From an uncultured delta proteobacterium (GTDB taxonomy: Bacteria > Bdellovibrionota > FAC87 > UBA2466): 64,000 bases of DNA. This document shows positions 26,520 to 36,385 of the stretch, one piece after another. The first letter of the stretch is position 1. Every line of letters starts with the position of its first letter. Made by a program: the position numbers and the translations under genes. The notes beneath the pieces were generated by a model, which worked only from the letters and a program-made list of their open reading frames with translations, made no database searches and was not told where the DNA came from. Location of the stretch: positions 800,001 to 864,000 of the forward strand of contig CAVZSV010000004.1 in assembly GCA_963778115.1 (NCBI GenBank), written 5' to 3'.

Positions 26520-28835
26520 CTAAGGAATCGCCAAAAGGCGAATCGACTCTTTAAGCAGAAAATTGGCGTCATCGAATGCCGTTCCCCCGATATCCTGCCA
26601 ACGAATTCTTCCCTTATCATCGATAAGAAAGGTTCCGTGAATCGGATTTCCTTCAAAATCGTCGTACGCATGGTAATCGTGAAATATTTTCTCAGTGGGA
26701 TCTGCGGCTAGCTGAATTCGAAAGGGCTCTTGGTGGGCCTGATTCCGGAGTTCATTGAGCCGAAGGGTATCCGCCACGTCCTGGGAAGAGATTGCTATTA
26801 GGGAGATACCGGCCGCGTTGAAACGGTCGTAGAGCGCTTCTAGATTCACTAACTGCTTAACACAACCTAGACAGCCATAAGTTAAGAATAGGACGACAAG
26901 CACAGGCTTTCCCCGATATTTCTCTAGCGACAATGTCTCTCCAGAGATGCTATTGACTGCGAAGGGCTTGGCCTTCTGCGGGCTCCAGAAAATAGGTCCT
27001 AGCTCGTCAAGATTGGTTCGGTTTTTCATCCTTTCGGTCACGTCATTGGGAGGTTGCCAAGAGGTTCTCCAATCGGTTGCCGTTTTCATATCCGGCAGAC
27101 TAAGGGCAGTCGCCACCTCGGCCAATCTATTGAAAGGAGCAAGATCAAGACTGATATATTCCGATTGAGGGCGCAGTTCGTTAAATCGAACTCTCGCTTC
27201 ATCCAGCTTTCCCACCTTAAAGAGGACGTAGATTAAGTTTGCAAGAGGAGCTGCCTGTTGCGGTTGGTCCTTAAACCATAACCGCGCCTTATCTTCGGCG
27301 AGAGCGGGTTCGCCCGCGTCCAACAACATTTTGCAAACGATGCTCTTGGGGTTGCTTTCGAAGCCCACAATCGAGTTAATCGCTTTTTTCTTTTCGCCTG
27401 AGAAAAATAAAAGGTGGGCATCAACATTCGCAAGAGCCAACTCCATCGGCTTCACCGAGCTCTTCTTGAAATCTTCGCTGAAATCAGTGCGCAGCCGAAT
27501 GGCCTCGATCGCCGATTCGATCTCTTTCTTGGCTTCGAGCGCTAGCTCCTTCTCCCCACGATATAAATGAGCGATCGCCCTAAGCTCCCGTTGGCTATTG
27601 AGTGTTCCTTCGTAACGAAAATCCTCGTCCGAGAGACTCAAGTAAGGAGTTTTTACTAAGCGAATGACCTCGTCCCATTGTTCCGACTCCCAGAGTAAGG
27701 GCAAGAGCTTGTCTTTACCAGAGCCTTCGCTTTCGGTCCCGTAGCCGTTTAGAATTTTAGGATTTTGGGGCAGTTCAATCAGGTTCTTGGCCACAGCGAT
27801 GGCGCTATCCCAATTTCCAATCCGTTTGTAGCTTCTAACGAGCCACAAATTGTTGTGGAAGTAGTTGTGAATTTGGTACGGAAGCACGTTGAAACGGGCC
27901 ATCTGAGCATGGTCCACCCGTGCCGATGCTTCTAGGTGCCACGTCGCTTCGAGGTGTCGGTTCAAACTATCGTAGGTGTGCGTTCCCATGTGCCACATAT
28001 GTGCGATTCCAGGAGCCGAGGGTCCCAATAGTGCTGCCGAGGCTAGAGCCTTGGTGGAATTCACTTTGCCGTCCCAAAGATGCACCCGGTAGTGATGAGC
28101 CGGATGGAGTGGTTCCACGGCGAAGATTTCATCGAGCAAAGTGCTAATCTGCTCGCGAGTTTGATGAAAGTGATCGAAGAGTCGATAGTTCCAAGTTTGA
28201 AGAGCCAAGAAAGCCTTGGCGTCTAGGTCGTCTGGATACTGCTGCACTATCTTTTGGAGCACTTCGATGTGTTTGATGTGACGATCCCTCTCAAGCGGAA
28301 TTTTTGAATAGAGGGCTTCGAGCGATTCGATCCAAAGCTGTTCGCGCGAACTCACTTGATCTTTTTTTGCGGCGGCACGCTTCATAAATTGGTAGGCGCG
28401 CTTAGGGTCCCCTGCTTCGAAAATGGTATTGGCCATCGAGAGCCCCCAATTCGCCATCACGCAATTGGGATCAAGTTTGAGAACCTCGCGGAAGGATCTT
28501 TCGGCCTCGTAATTCCAGAAGCCATGGAGCATACCAACCCCCTGATTGAACCAGATTTGGGCCTGGGGATTATTCGTGGTGACCTGAAAGTGAATGTGCT
28601 CCCCTGTTCCAGGGGCTAGTGGCACCTCTGAGCGAGGACCTTCGGTAAATACCTGCCCTTTCATGGAATGACCCGGGTGAAGTGCTCTATCGATCGACTC
28701 CTCCTCTACTGCGAATTTGGGAGGAACTCCTTCAGCCGGAGGAGGGCTGTGCTCAGCATCGTGGTGCTCTACCCGAGACGAGCAGCCAGCTAAAACCGTG
28801 TAAGCGATTAAGATTAAAAAGAGAAAATTCCGCAA
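26520..28835 (-). CDS. Lipoprotein with TPR-like/His-rich region and C-terminal AhpC/TSA (redoxin) domain
   Basis: Lipobox LAGC; FNQGVGMLHGFW, HPAHHYRVHLWD, HMWHM; C-terminal CLGC and HGTFLID. Confidence 0.75.
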   Translation of the reverse strand: MRNFLFLILIAYTVLAGCSSRVEHHDAEHSPPPAEGVPPKFAVEEESIDRALHPGHSMKGQVFTEGPRSEVPLAPGTGEHIHFQVTTNNPQAQIWFNQGVGMLHGFWNYEAERSFREVLKLDPNCVMANWGLSMANTIFEAGDPKRAYQFMKRAAAKKDQVSSREQLWIESLEALYSKIPLERDRHIKHIEVLQKIVQQYPDDLDAKAFLALQTWNYRLFDHFHQTREQISTLLDEIFAVEPLHPAHHYRVHLWDGKVNSTKALASAALLGPSAPGIAHMWHMGTHTYDSLNRHLEATWHLEASARVDHAQMARFNVLPYQIHNYFHNNLWLVRSYKRIGNWDSAIAVAKNLIELPQNPKILNGYGTESEGSGKDKLLPLLWESEQWDEVIRLVKTPYLSLSDEDFRYEGTLNSQRELRAIAHLYRGEKELALEAKKEIESAIEAIRLRTDFSEDFKKSSVKPMELALANVDAHLLFFSGEKKKAINSIVGFESNPKSIVCKMLLDAGEPALAEDKARLWFKDQPQQAAPLANLIYVLFKVGKLDEARVRFNELRPQSEYISLDLAPFNRLAEVATALSLPDMKTATDWRTSWQPPNDVTERMKNRTNLDELGPIFWSPQKAKPFAVNSISGETLSLEKYRGKPVLVVLFLTYGCLGCVKQLVNLEALYDRFNAAGISLIAISSQDVADTLRLNELRNQAHQEPFRIQLAADPTEKIFHDYHAYDDFEGNPIHGTFLIDDKGRIRWQDIGGTAFDDANFLLKESIRLLAIP

Positions 28836-28934
28836 AAGGACCGCCGCATGTTAGAAAATGAGACGGTCTTATAGCATGTAATGACGCGTAGCGCAACGTC
28901 TCTACGACTCTCTCAATCGTCGTTGAATCCTGAT

Positions 28935-30023
28935 TTAGCAGGGGAGTTCGTATCGCGTATTTGAGTGAGGGCAAAAAGGAGACTTCTCAATCTGCTCTAT
29001 TGTCTCCAGCACCACCGACTCCGCATCCATTCGCCCCCTGTCCATCGCTTCCCGTAACCTCGCATCTCCCGTCACCGTCATCGCAATCAACGCATTTCTC
29101 CTCAATCCCCCCCGTTTTGCTCTAGTTAACGGCGTTCCCCCGAACCACGTTTCATATTGATTTTGATCCATCACCGCTATTTCATACAGGGATGGTTCCT
29201 TTATCCTCGAAAAGGAATCCGAAAGCATTGGCAAATCCTTTCCCCGATTATAGGGACAAGCCAACTGGCAAAGATCACATCCAAAATAGTAAGTCTTTAA
29301 CCAAGGCCAAAACTTTTCTGGAATAGTCCCTCGGTGTTCGATCGTCCAATAAGCTAAGCAGAGTTTGGAGTCTATGGAATAGTCGGTATTTAGCGCTCCC
29401 GTCGGACAATTGACTTGGCAGCGATCGCATTTTCCGCATCCGCCTTCGGGTAGATGTTGGTAAGGATCCACTCGAGCCGCTTCATCGAAAGGAATTTCAG
29501 CCGAGGTTAAAATCTCGCCTAGAAGATAAAAGCTGCCCTTTTCCGGATGAATGTAACAAGTGTTCTTGCCGATAAATCCCTGTTGGGTATTTGAAGCAAA
29601 GCTTCGTTCTAGCAAAGGGGCGGAATCGATGGCTACTCTGAAAACATCCACCGGGTAGAGCTCCTTTAATCCTTCGATCACCTCGAGCGCCCGCGTTCGC
29701 ATCTCTCGGTGGTAATCTCTAAACCGAGCGTATTGGGCAATTCGAGGAACGCCGTCCTTTAGGACTTGTTCTAACGTTTCCCCTTGAAAATAAGGTAACC
29801 CGAAGGCGAGAACGCTTTTTGCCCCTTTCAACAAAAGTGCGGGTTGTTCCCGGAATTGCGCATTCTTTTCTAGAAAAGTCATTCCCGCGTGTCGGCCTTC
29901 ATTCAGCCACCATCGAAATCGCTCGTACGCCTGTTGGGATCGGGTCGCCGTCACCCCAAAGAGCGTCAACTCAACTGAGCAAAAGAGCCTCTCAATAGCT
30001 TCGCGAGAAGACAATTTTATCAC
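28935..30023 (-). CDS. queG: tRNA epoxyqueuosine reductase QueG
   Basis: DYH, DSAPLLER, GFIGKN, CGKCDRCQVNCPTGAL, GCDLCQLACP. Confidence 0.92.
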   Translation of the reverse strand: MIKLSSREAIERLFCSVELTLFGVTATRSQQAYERFRWWLNEGRHAGMTFLEKNAQFREQPALLLKGAKSVLAFGLPYFQGETLEQVLKDGVPRIAQYARFRDYHREMRTRALEVIEGLKELYPVDVFRVAIDSAPLLERSFASNTQQGFIGKNTCYIHPEKGSFYLLGEILTSAEIPFDEAARVDPYQHLPEGGCGKCDRCQVNCPTGALNTDYSIDSKLCLAYWTIEHRGTIPEKFWPWLKTYYFGCDLCQLACPYNRGKDLPMLSDSFSRIKEPSLYEIAVMDQNQYETWFGGTPLTRAKRGGLRRNALIAMTVTGDARLREAMDRGRMDAESVVLETIEQIEKSPFCPHSNTRYELPC

Positions 30024-33000
30024 CCTTCAGATTCAGGAGGTTTTCGGCGGTCAGGAATGGCGAAATGGAAAGTAGAGCCCCCTTCACCCTGGTGGGGTGC
30101 AACCCAAATTCTTCCCCCGTGACGCTCCAAGATCTTCTTACAAATCGCAAGCCCTATACCGGTTCCCGGATACTTTTCGCGAGTATGCAATCTCTGGAAG
30201 ATCACGAAAATGCGCTCCGCGTATTCTTGCGCGATTCCGATGCCGTTGTCTTTTATGGAAAAGCACCATTCTCTTCCTACTTTAGCGGCGGAGACTTCTA
30301 TCGTAGGTTTGTCGTGGCTTCTAAACTTAATCGCGTTGCCTAGTAGATTTTGAAACAATTGGACCAGCTGGGTACGATCAGCCATGATCGTAGGTAACCG
30401 TTGGCAGGAGATGCTCGCCTTACTTTCCTGAATAGCCGCTTCGAGATTGGCCACGGCCGTCTCAAATGCCACGTTTGAGTCGGTCATCCTAAAGATCTCT
30501 CCTCGAGATCCCACCCGAGAATAGGCCAACAGATCATCAATCAGGCCATACATTCTGGCGGCACCTTCTCGGGCAAATTGAAAATAGTCTACTGAGTCTT
30601 TATCTAACTTGCCGAGACATTTTCTCTCAAGAAGCTGCAGATAGCTGTTCACCATGCGAAGAGGTTCTTTGAGATCGTGTGATGCCACATAAGCAAACTG
30701 TTCTAATTCGGCATTAGAGCGGGCGAGTCTATCGGACTTACGTTTCAATTCGTCTTCTGCCTTTTTTCGCTCGGTAATATCTCGGGCAACCGCAAAGATA
30801 AACGACCCTCCTTCAAATTGAACGGCGGTAACACTGAGTTCGGCGGGAAAACGAGATCCGTCTTTCCTCACTAATTCCGTTTCAAACGGGGAGAGTCGAG
30901 TATTAAGAAGGTTCTCAAAGCGGTTTTCGAAACTCAATCCTCCGTCGTACGCTGGCTGAATATCTTGAAAACTCATCCCCAGAAGATCCGTTTCAGAAAA
31001 GCCAAGGCGCTCACAGGCGACTCGATTCACATAGAGGAACTTTTCCCCTCGACCATAAAGAAAATGGGCATCGTTGGCACTGTCGCTAATAAACTTAAAT
31101 CTTCTAAGTTCCTCTTCCGCCCGTCTTCGTTCGCTGACGTCGAGCATAGATCCCACCATTCGGGAGGGATCGCCAACGCCATCATGGACGATATAGCCTC
31201 GATCCACGACTCGAGCGTAAGTTCCATCTTTCCTCAAATAACGATACTCTTCCTTCCAATGGTGGTCCTTACGCGTAATGGAGTTGTGAATACTTTCTAC
31301 GACTCGTTTTCTGTCGTCAGGATGAATATTCTCATTCCACCAATTGATGTTTTTCTGGACCTCCTCTGGCTTATAGCCAAAGATGGTCTGTACGGCCATA
31401 TTTCTCTCGACGAGATTGGATTTGAGATCCCAATCCCATACACAGTCGTTGGTCGCGCGAGCCAACATTCGGTATCGGGCTTCACTGCTCTTTAGTTCGT
31501 CCATCAATTCGCGATAACGCTCCTCGCCCTCTTCCAAAGCCTGCTCGTATCGCTTCTGATCATCGATGTCGGTTAAAGTTCCAAACCAACGGACGATGTT
31601 TCCCTTTTTATCGCGTAATGGCGAACCTCTTACCAAGAACCATCGAAAAACTCCGTCGTTGCGCCGCAATCGGTACTGAATGTCTAGGGATTTGCCATGG
31701 CGCTTGCAGGACTCCCAACTCTCGATGGCAATAGGAAGATCTTCCGGATGGACCGCGTTGACCCACCCGTCACCGAAGCCTCGGGAAATGGGCCAACCCG
31801 TATAGGTATGCCAACGGGCACTTCCATAATCGACTTTACCAGTACTATCCGCCGTCCAAACGATTTGAGGAATCGCTTCCGCAAGTTGCCGATAGTACAT
31901 CTCGCTAGTTTCCGCCTGCTGACGAGCCTCGTGTTCTCGAATTCGCTCCGCTCTTTCAATCTCGCACTGGCGGCGCACCGTGATATCACGAGCAATTCCC
32001 ATTAATCCTTTGATTTCACCGTCCACAACTTGACCAAGGCCATTAAATTCTAGAATGACGAGCGACCCGTCTTTCTTCTTGCAGCGGATCTCGGCACCCG
32101 AAACCTGTTCTCCTTGGATTAGTCTGGCGATAATGTCCCCCGCCATTCCACGATCGGATTCGTGCACTAACGGCATGAAATGTTTTCCAACCCAATCCTG
32201 CGGCTTCCATCCGAAGATTGCTTCGAACGCGGGATTTAGGGAGAGGATGATGCCTTCTGGCGAAGTCGTATAAAAAAGGTCGGTCGTTTGTTGGAAGAGA
32301 GTCCGAAAACGCTTTTCGAAGTCTTCCAGCCCCTGTTCGGCATGCCATTTCTCAGTAACATCGGTAACCGTTGCAATTCCCCCGACGATAGCGCCGCTTT
32401 CTCTAAAAGGAGAATGTTGAATTTCAAAAAAAAGGGCCCTTCCTCCAAGCGGAGAAATATACTTAACCATGTTTGAACGAACCGAATGCCCCTTCATTAC
32501 TTGATCCAAGCAATGGGAAGGGTTGCGAAAAAAAACCGGAAAGACACTTTTGCATTTCCTATTTACTATTGCATCTCTAGAAATTCCGCTAAGCCGCTCC
32601 ATCGCTTGATTGACATAGATTACGCGAAACTCTTTGTTGTACGCCAAAATTCCGTCATGAGTGCTATTCAATAGGTTACGAGCGAAATTAATTTCAGAAA
32701 TTTCCGATCCAGACTCTTCACCCTCTAAGGCAATAGGCCTCTCCCAGGGATCAATCTTGCTGGGAGCTACCGCATTTTCCGCAGCCATTGCTTTCATCGA
32801 CATTTTAGAGGCGCGGAAAAATTGCGGCTGACTTAAAATCCACGCAGCACACGTTTTTAGGTATTGGAGCAGATCCACAAAGGAGTCATAGGTGGGAGGC
32901 AACAAGTGTTTGCGTATGAGCACCCGACATCTCTGATAGCCCGGTTCCTTAAAGAAAATAATAACCCCTGCCGAGACAAGGACGTTCTGTAACGATTCAT

Positions 33001-33349
33001 TCTCCAGATTCTCCGTCAGCAATAACGTGCCGGATGACTCGACGAAGTCTTCAATCTCTTTCAGCCCCATCCGAAAGGTATCTAGGTTCCGGGTGGCCGG
33101 TGAAAAGCGAGTCTCAGGATTGGCTTCATCCTTTAACGGTGCCCCCACGAGGGAAGTAATTTGATTGAAAAGTTCTGTTTTAAGGCTCTTAGGTAGCTGA
33201 TTGGCTAAGTATCCCGATTTTGTCTGCTCCCATAGGGCTTCCAGCTGGGACGGTGAAGTCACCACCGAATCAAAAAGGGCCGGGAAAAACCCGAGGCTCT
33301 TTTCAATTTCTTCTTTTAAATCGCAATGTATACGCTCTGCGTGTTCCAT
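30020..33349 (-). CDS. Cytoplasmic multi-PAS sensor histidine kinase
   Basis: About five PAS/PAC repeats; SNAELEQFAYVASHDLKEPLR H-box; NLLGNAIKF, DNGIGI, GTGIGLAIC. Confidence 0.92.
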   Translation of the reverse strand: MEHAERIHCDLKEEIEKSLGFFPALFDSVVTSPSQLEALWEQTKSGYLANQLPKSLKTELFNQITSLVGAPLKDEANPETRFSPATRNLDTFRMGLKEIEDFVESSGTLLLTENLENESLQNVLVSAGVIIFFKEPGYQRCRVLIRKHLLPPTYDSFVDLLQYLKTCAAWILSQPQFFRASKMSMKAMAAENAVAPSKIDPWERPIALEGEESGSEISEINFARNLLNSTHDGILAYNKEFRVIYVNQAMERLSGISRDAIVNRKCKSVFPVFFRNPSHCLDQVMKGHSVRSNMVKYISPLGGRALFFEIQHSPFRESGAIVGGIATVTDVTEKWHAEQGLEDFEKRFRTLFQQTTDLFYTTSPEGIILSLNPAFEAIFGWKPQDWVGKHFMPLVHESDRGMAGDIIARLIQGEQVSGAEIRCKKKDGSLVILEFNGLGQVVDGEIKGLMGIARDITVRRQCEIERAERIREHEARQQAETSEMYYRQLAEAIPQIVWTADSTGKVDYGSARWHTYTGWPISRGFGDGWVNAVHPEDLPIAIESWESCKRHGKSLDIQYRLRRNDGVFRWFLVRGSPLRDKKGNIVRWFGTLTDIDDQKRYEQALEEGEERYRELMDELKSSEARYRMLARATNDCVWDWDLKSNLVERNMAVQTIFGYKPEEVQKNINWWNENIHPDDRKRVVESIHNSITRKDHHWKEEYRYLRKDGTYARVVDRGYIVHDGVGDPSRMVGSMLDVSERRRAEEELRRFKFISDSANDAHFLYGRGEKFLYVNRVACERLGFSETDLLGMSFQDIQPAYDGGLSFENRFENLLNTRLSPFETELVRKDGSRFPAELSVTAVQFEGGSFIFAVARDITERKKAEDELKRKSDRLARSNAELEQFAYVASHDLKEPLRMVNSYLQLLERKCLGKLDKDSVDYFQFAREGAARMYGLIDDLLAYSRVGSRGEIFRMTDSNVAFETAVANLEAAIQESKASISCQRLPTIMADRTQLVQLFQNLLGNAIKFRSHDKPTIEVSAAKVGREWCFSIKDNGIGIAQEYAERIFVIFQRLHTREKYPGTGIGLAICKKILERHGGRIWVAPHQGEGGSTFHFAIPDRRKPPESEG

Positions 33350-33541
33350 CCCACCGCTCCGGGCAACGAGGTTACCTCTGCCCGATTATTGACGCAAGAT
33401 GTTAAAAACAAAGGGGTCCGGGCCTTCCTCCGCGGGAAGATTTTGGTAATCAATCCTAACTATTTAAAATTATTTGATTTTATTGGTTCCGCGGTGACGC
33501 GCCGTCCTTGGTGGAAGCAAAGGGACAGGTATAATAGGCCC

Positions 33542-33982
33542 ATGAAAACCTCACTCTTTTTGATTCTGGTGTTAGGCTTTTGCGGACCCGCATTCGCGGA
33601 AAACGTATTTGATGGGACATTCGATGTCCCTCAGGTCTCCTCTGCGCTTTGCAATAACTTGCTAGACCAGCAGGTCTATACCGTGCGCCACTATCTGATC
33701 GGAAACCCGCAGACGACGTCAGTGCTAAATTTCCAGCTGAAATCGACTGATCCGACGGCTCAATCGTTCTTGCAGAACATTACTCTCACCGGCCTGTATG
33801 GATATAACGACGACTTCAACGATGACAGAACGTTTGATAGGGACGGCAAAGAGTACCATGTCATCGGTCAGGGAATGGTCGATTCACAACTACTGGTGGT
33901 CGACGTCACCGTCGAACTTCACAACCCGGGAGATGCCACCATCATTTGTACTGCAACGGCAGAATTTTCAGCGTTTCACTAA
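33542..33982 (+). CDS. Hypothetical secreted protein (146 aa)
   Basis: Signal peptide MKTSLFLILVLGFCGPAFA; TATAAT 6 nt upstream. Confidence 0.7.
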   Translation: MKTSLFLILVLGFCGPAFAENVFDGTFDVPQVSSALCNNLLDQQVYTVRHYLIGNPQTTSVLNFQLKSTDPTAQSFLQNITLTGLYGYNDDFNDDRTFDRDGKEYHVIGQGMVDSQLLVVDVTVELHNPGDATIICTATAEFSAFH

Positions 33983-35352
33983 AAACTTAAGAACCGTTTT
34001 AACAATCGAAGCCTGTCTTTATAGGGCGGATAGCGAAGGGGGTTATCGAATTTAAATCCGTGGGTCAAAACCGCCTTACGATGCGAAAACGTATCGAAAC
34101 CAAATTTTCCGTGATAGGCCCCCATTCCGCTATCACCCACCCCCCCGAAAGGAAGATGGGGGTTACTTAGATGTACCAAAGTATCATTCATGCACCCACC
34201 CCCGAACGAGACTTTGCCAATCACCTCCTCTTGCCGGTCCGTACTTTTCGAAAAAAAGTAAAAAGCGAGCGGCTTGGGGCGCTTTCGAATAAAATCAATA
34301 GCCGAATCAAAGTCTCGATAGGCTAACACGGGCAAAATCGGTCCGAAGATCTCCTCCTGCATAACCGGAGAATTTTCCGACGTACCCCGCAGTACGGTGG
34401 GCGCAAGATAGAGCTTCCCTTCTTCGCCATTACCCCCCATTACGCATTCTCCTGACTTTACTAAACCCATTAGCCTTTCCCAATGCTTTCGATTGATGAT
34501 GCGGGCGTAGTCGGGACTTTTTTGCGGATCCTCGGTAAAGAATTTAGTGGTCCATGCTCTGATCCTATCGACTAGCTCCTTCTCATTCTCTTCGGGAACC
34601 AATAGATAATCGGGAGCAACACAGGTCTGTCCGGCGTTAAAGAATTTTCCCCACACGACTCGTTTCGCCGTCGCATCGAGGTCTACGTTGCGATCCACCA
34701 AACAAGGGCTCTTGCCCCCCAGCTCCAGAGTCACTGGGGTTAAATTCTTGACACTAGCCTCAAGCACGACACGCCCCACAACCGCGCCTCCAGTGAAAAA
34801 GATATGATCGAACTTCTCTGCGAGAAGTGCGGTCGAGACGTCTACCCCTCCCTCAAAGACCTGAACGACGTTCGGATCCAAAGTCGACATCACTTTGGCC
34901 AAGATCTTTGAAGTTGCGGGAGCCAATTCCGAAGGCTTAAGAACTACCGTATTTCCCGCGGCGATCGCAGCGACCATAGGGGCAACGACGAGTTGAAACG
35001 GATAGTTCCAGGGGCCAATCACAAGAACCGTTCCCAACGGCTCCGAATAGATTCGGCTCGTCGCGGGCTGCTGGACCAACGGAGAGCTCACTCGAACCGG
35101 TTTCATCCATTTCGACAAATGTGAAAGACCGGTTTTTATCTCATCGTAGATGAAAGCGACTTCGGAGATAAACGATTCGATAGGGGGTTTTGCGAGATCT
35201 TGACTGAGCGCACTAAAGATCTCTGTCTCGTGGCTGCGAATCGCTTCGCCCAGTTGTTTGAGAAAATTCTTCCGAAAGGCTTCAGACCGAGTAGCTCCCG
35301 AAGCAAAAAAAGCTCGCTGCCCTTCTAGACATTCTAAGATGGACTGTTTCAT
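33979..35352 (-). CDS. NAD(P)-dependent aldehyde dehydrogenase (ALDH3-like)
   Basis: PWNYP, KPSE, FTGG, LELGGKSP, NAGQTCVAPDY, EEIFGP. Confidence 0.95.
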   Translation of the reverse strand: MKQSILECLEGQRAFFASGATRSEAFRKNFLKQLGEAIRSHETEIFSALSQDLAKPPIESFISEVAFIYDEIKTGLSHLSKWMKPVRVSSPLVQQPATSRIYSEPLGTVLVIGPWNYPFQLVVAPMVAAIAAGNTVVLKPSELAPATSKILAKVMSTLDPNVVQVFEGGVDVSTALLAEKFDHIFFTGGAVVGRVVLEASVKNLTPVTLELGGKSPCLVDRNVDLDATAKRVVWGKFFNAGQTCVAPDYLLVPEENEKELVDRIRAWTTKFFTEDPQKSPDYARIINRKHWERLMGLVKSGECVMGGNGEEGKLYLAPTVLRGTSENSPVMQEEIFGPILPVLAYRDFDSAIDFIRKRPKPLAFYFFSKSTDRQEEVIGKVSFGGGCMNDTLVHLSNPHLPFGGVGDSGMGAYHGKFGFDTFSHRKAVLTHGFKFDNPLRYPPYKDRLRLLKRFLSF

Positions 35353-35428
35353 GGCACTCCCTTTGAAACCGCATCCTGACAGACTTATAACTTAAGGCAA
35401 CTCTACTCTAGGTTATCATCAGAAAGGA

Positions 35429-36385
35429 ATGATAATGGGTACTCCCCTCTGGTTGCGGATAGTCCTAGTCATCTCAACATCCGGCCTCTTTGCTATTGGG
35501 GCACCTTCAAGAATCCCTTCCGGAACCTTTGAATGGGGGGATCAAGCCTTTAAGAACCGACGAGAGAAAACTTCAGCATTTACTGCCCTTAATGCATATC
35601 GAGAAGCTTTCCAAGCTTATCCCACGGATCCCAATTCAGGCTGGCGCCTGGCTATGGCCTGCCAGTTCGTCGGAATGCGGTTCGTACAAGAAGACAAAGA
35701 GAAGGAACAAATCTTCTCGGAAGGACGCGACGCCGGAATCCGAGCGTTACAGGAAAAAGAGGACTGTGCTGCGTGCCACTTTTGGACGGCCGTTAATATG
35801 GCGTTATACGGGCAAACGGTGGGCCCTCTAAAAACACTCTTCACGCTACAGCCCATTCGAAAACACCTGCTTCGAACGATAGCCTTGGAGCCCGGTTATG
35901 CTTTCGGAGGTGCCTTTAGAATTCTAGGACTTATCGCTTGGAAGTTACCAGGACTTTTCGGAGGAAGTGATTCCGACGCCAAAGACTTCATGATGAAAAG
36001 TATCGAAGCTTCCCCCGAGGAGCCTATGAACTATTTCTTTCTGGCGCAGCTCTTAAAAGAGGCATTTCATGACAATCAGTCTGCTATCGCTATCGCCAAA
36101 AAGGGTGCTCTGATTACCGAACCTGGTTTCGAACGGATAGAAGCCCGAGAGGCATGGCGCGATCTCCAAGAGTTCGTAAAGGCCAATTCCCCTAAAGAAG
36201 AAAAGGTTGCGGAGCTGAAGAATCACTCGAACCTTAGCGCTTCGATGGTCTCGATATTTGCCGCTTTTCTGGCCGGCCAAACCCCAAATACCACTCCCGT
36301 AAATAACGAGAGAAAAAAGGCGGGACCAAAGATCCACAAAGGCGCGCGCATATCAAAAGAAGGGGTAAACCAGGAAACGACATAG
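35429..36385 (+). CDS. TPR-like secreted hypothetical protein (3' end uncertain)
   Basis: Hydrophobic N-terminus, helical repeats, KLPGLFGG; tail overlaps the convergent permease by 163 nt. Confidence 0.6.
   Translation: MIMGTPLWLRIVLVISTSGLFAIGAPSRIPSGTFEWGDQAFKNRREKTSAFTALNAYREAFQAYPTDPNSGWRLAMACQFVGMRFVQEDKEKEQIFSEGRDAGIRALQEKEDCAACHFWTAVNMALYGQTVGPLKTLFTLQPIRKHLLRTIALEPGYAFGGAFRILGLIAWKLPGLFGGSDSDAKDFMMKSIEASPEEPMNYFFLAQLLKEAFHDNQSAIAIAKKGALITEPGFERIEAREAWRDLQEFVKANSPKEEKVAELKNHSNLSASMVSIFAAFLAGQTPNTTPVNNERKKAGPKIHKGARISKEGVNQETT

Noticed and set aside
26274..26671. Short ORFs on both strands encoding QKVSVTFSP..LKVTDTF
   Set aside because: Translation of the 26-bp palindrome, not genes
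33362..33377. Sigma54-like GGTAACCTCGTTGC upstream of the PAS kinase
   Set aside because: Weak -24 element, and the predicted TSS would fall downstream of the GGAG SD, 2 nt from the ATG
35352..35367. Sigma54-like TGGCACTCCCTTTGA
   Set aside because: Lacks the -12 GC and is explained by the antisense of the ALDH SD and start codon
36223..36385. 163-nt convergent overlap as a functional dual-coding region
   Set aside because: The tail is just the antisense reading of the permease C-terminus; probably a lost stop or an indel
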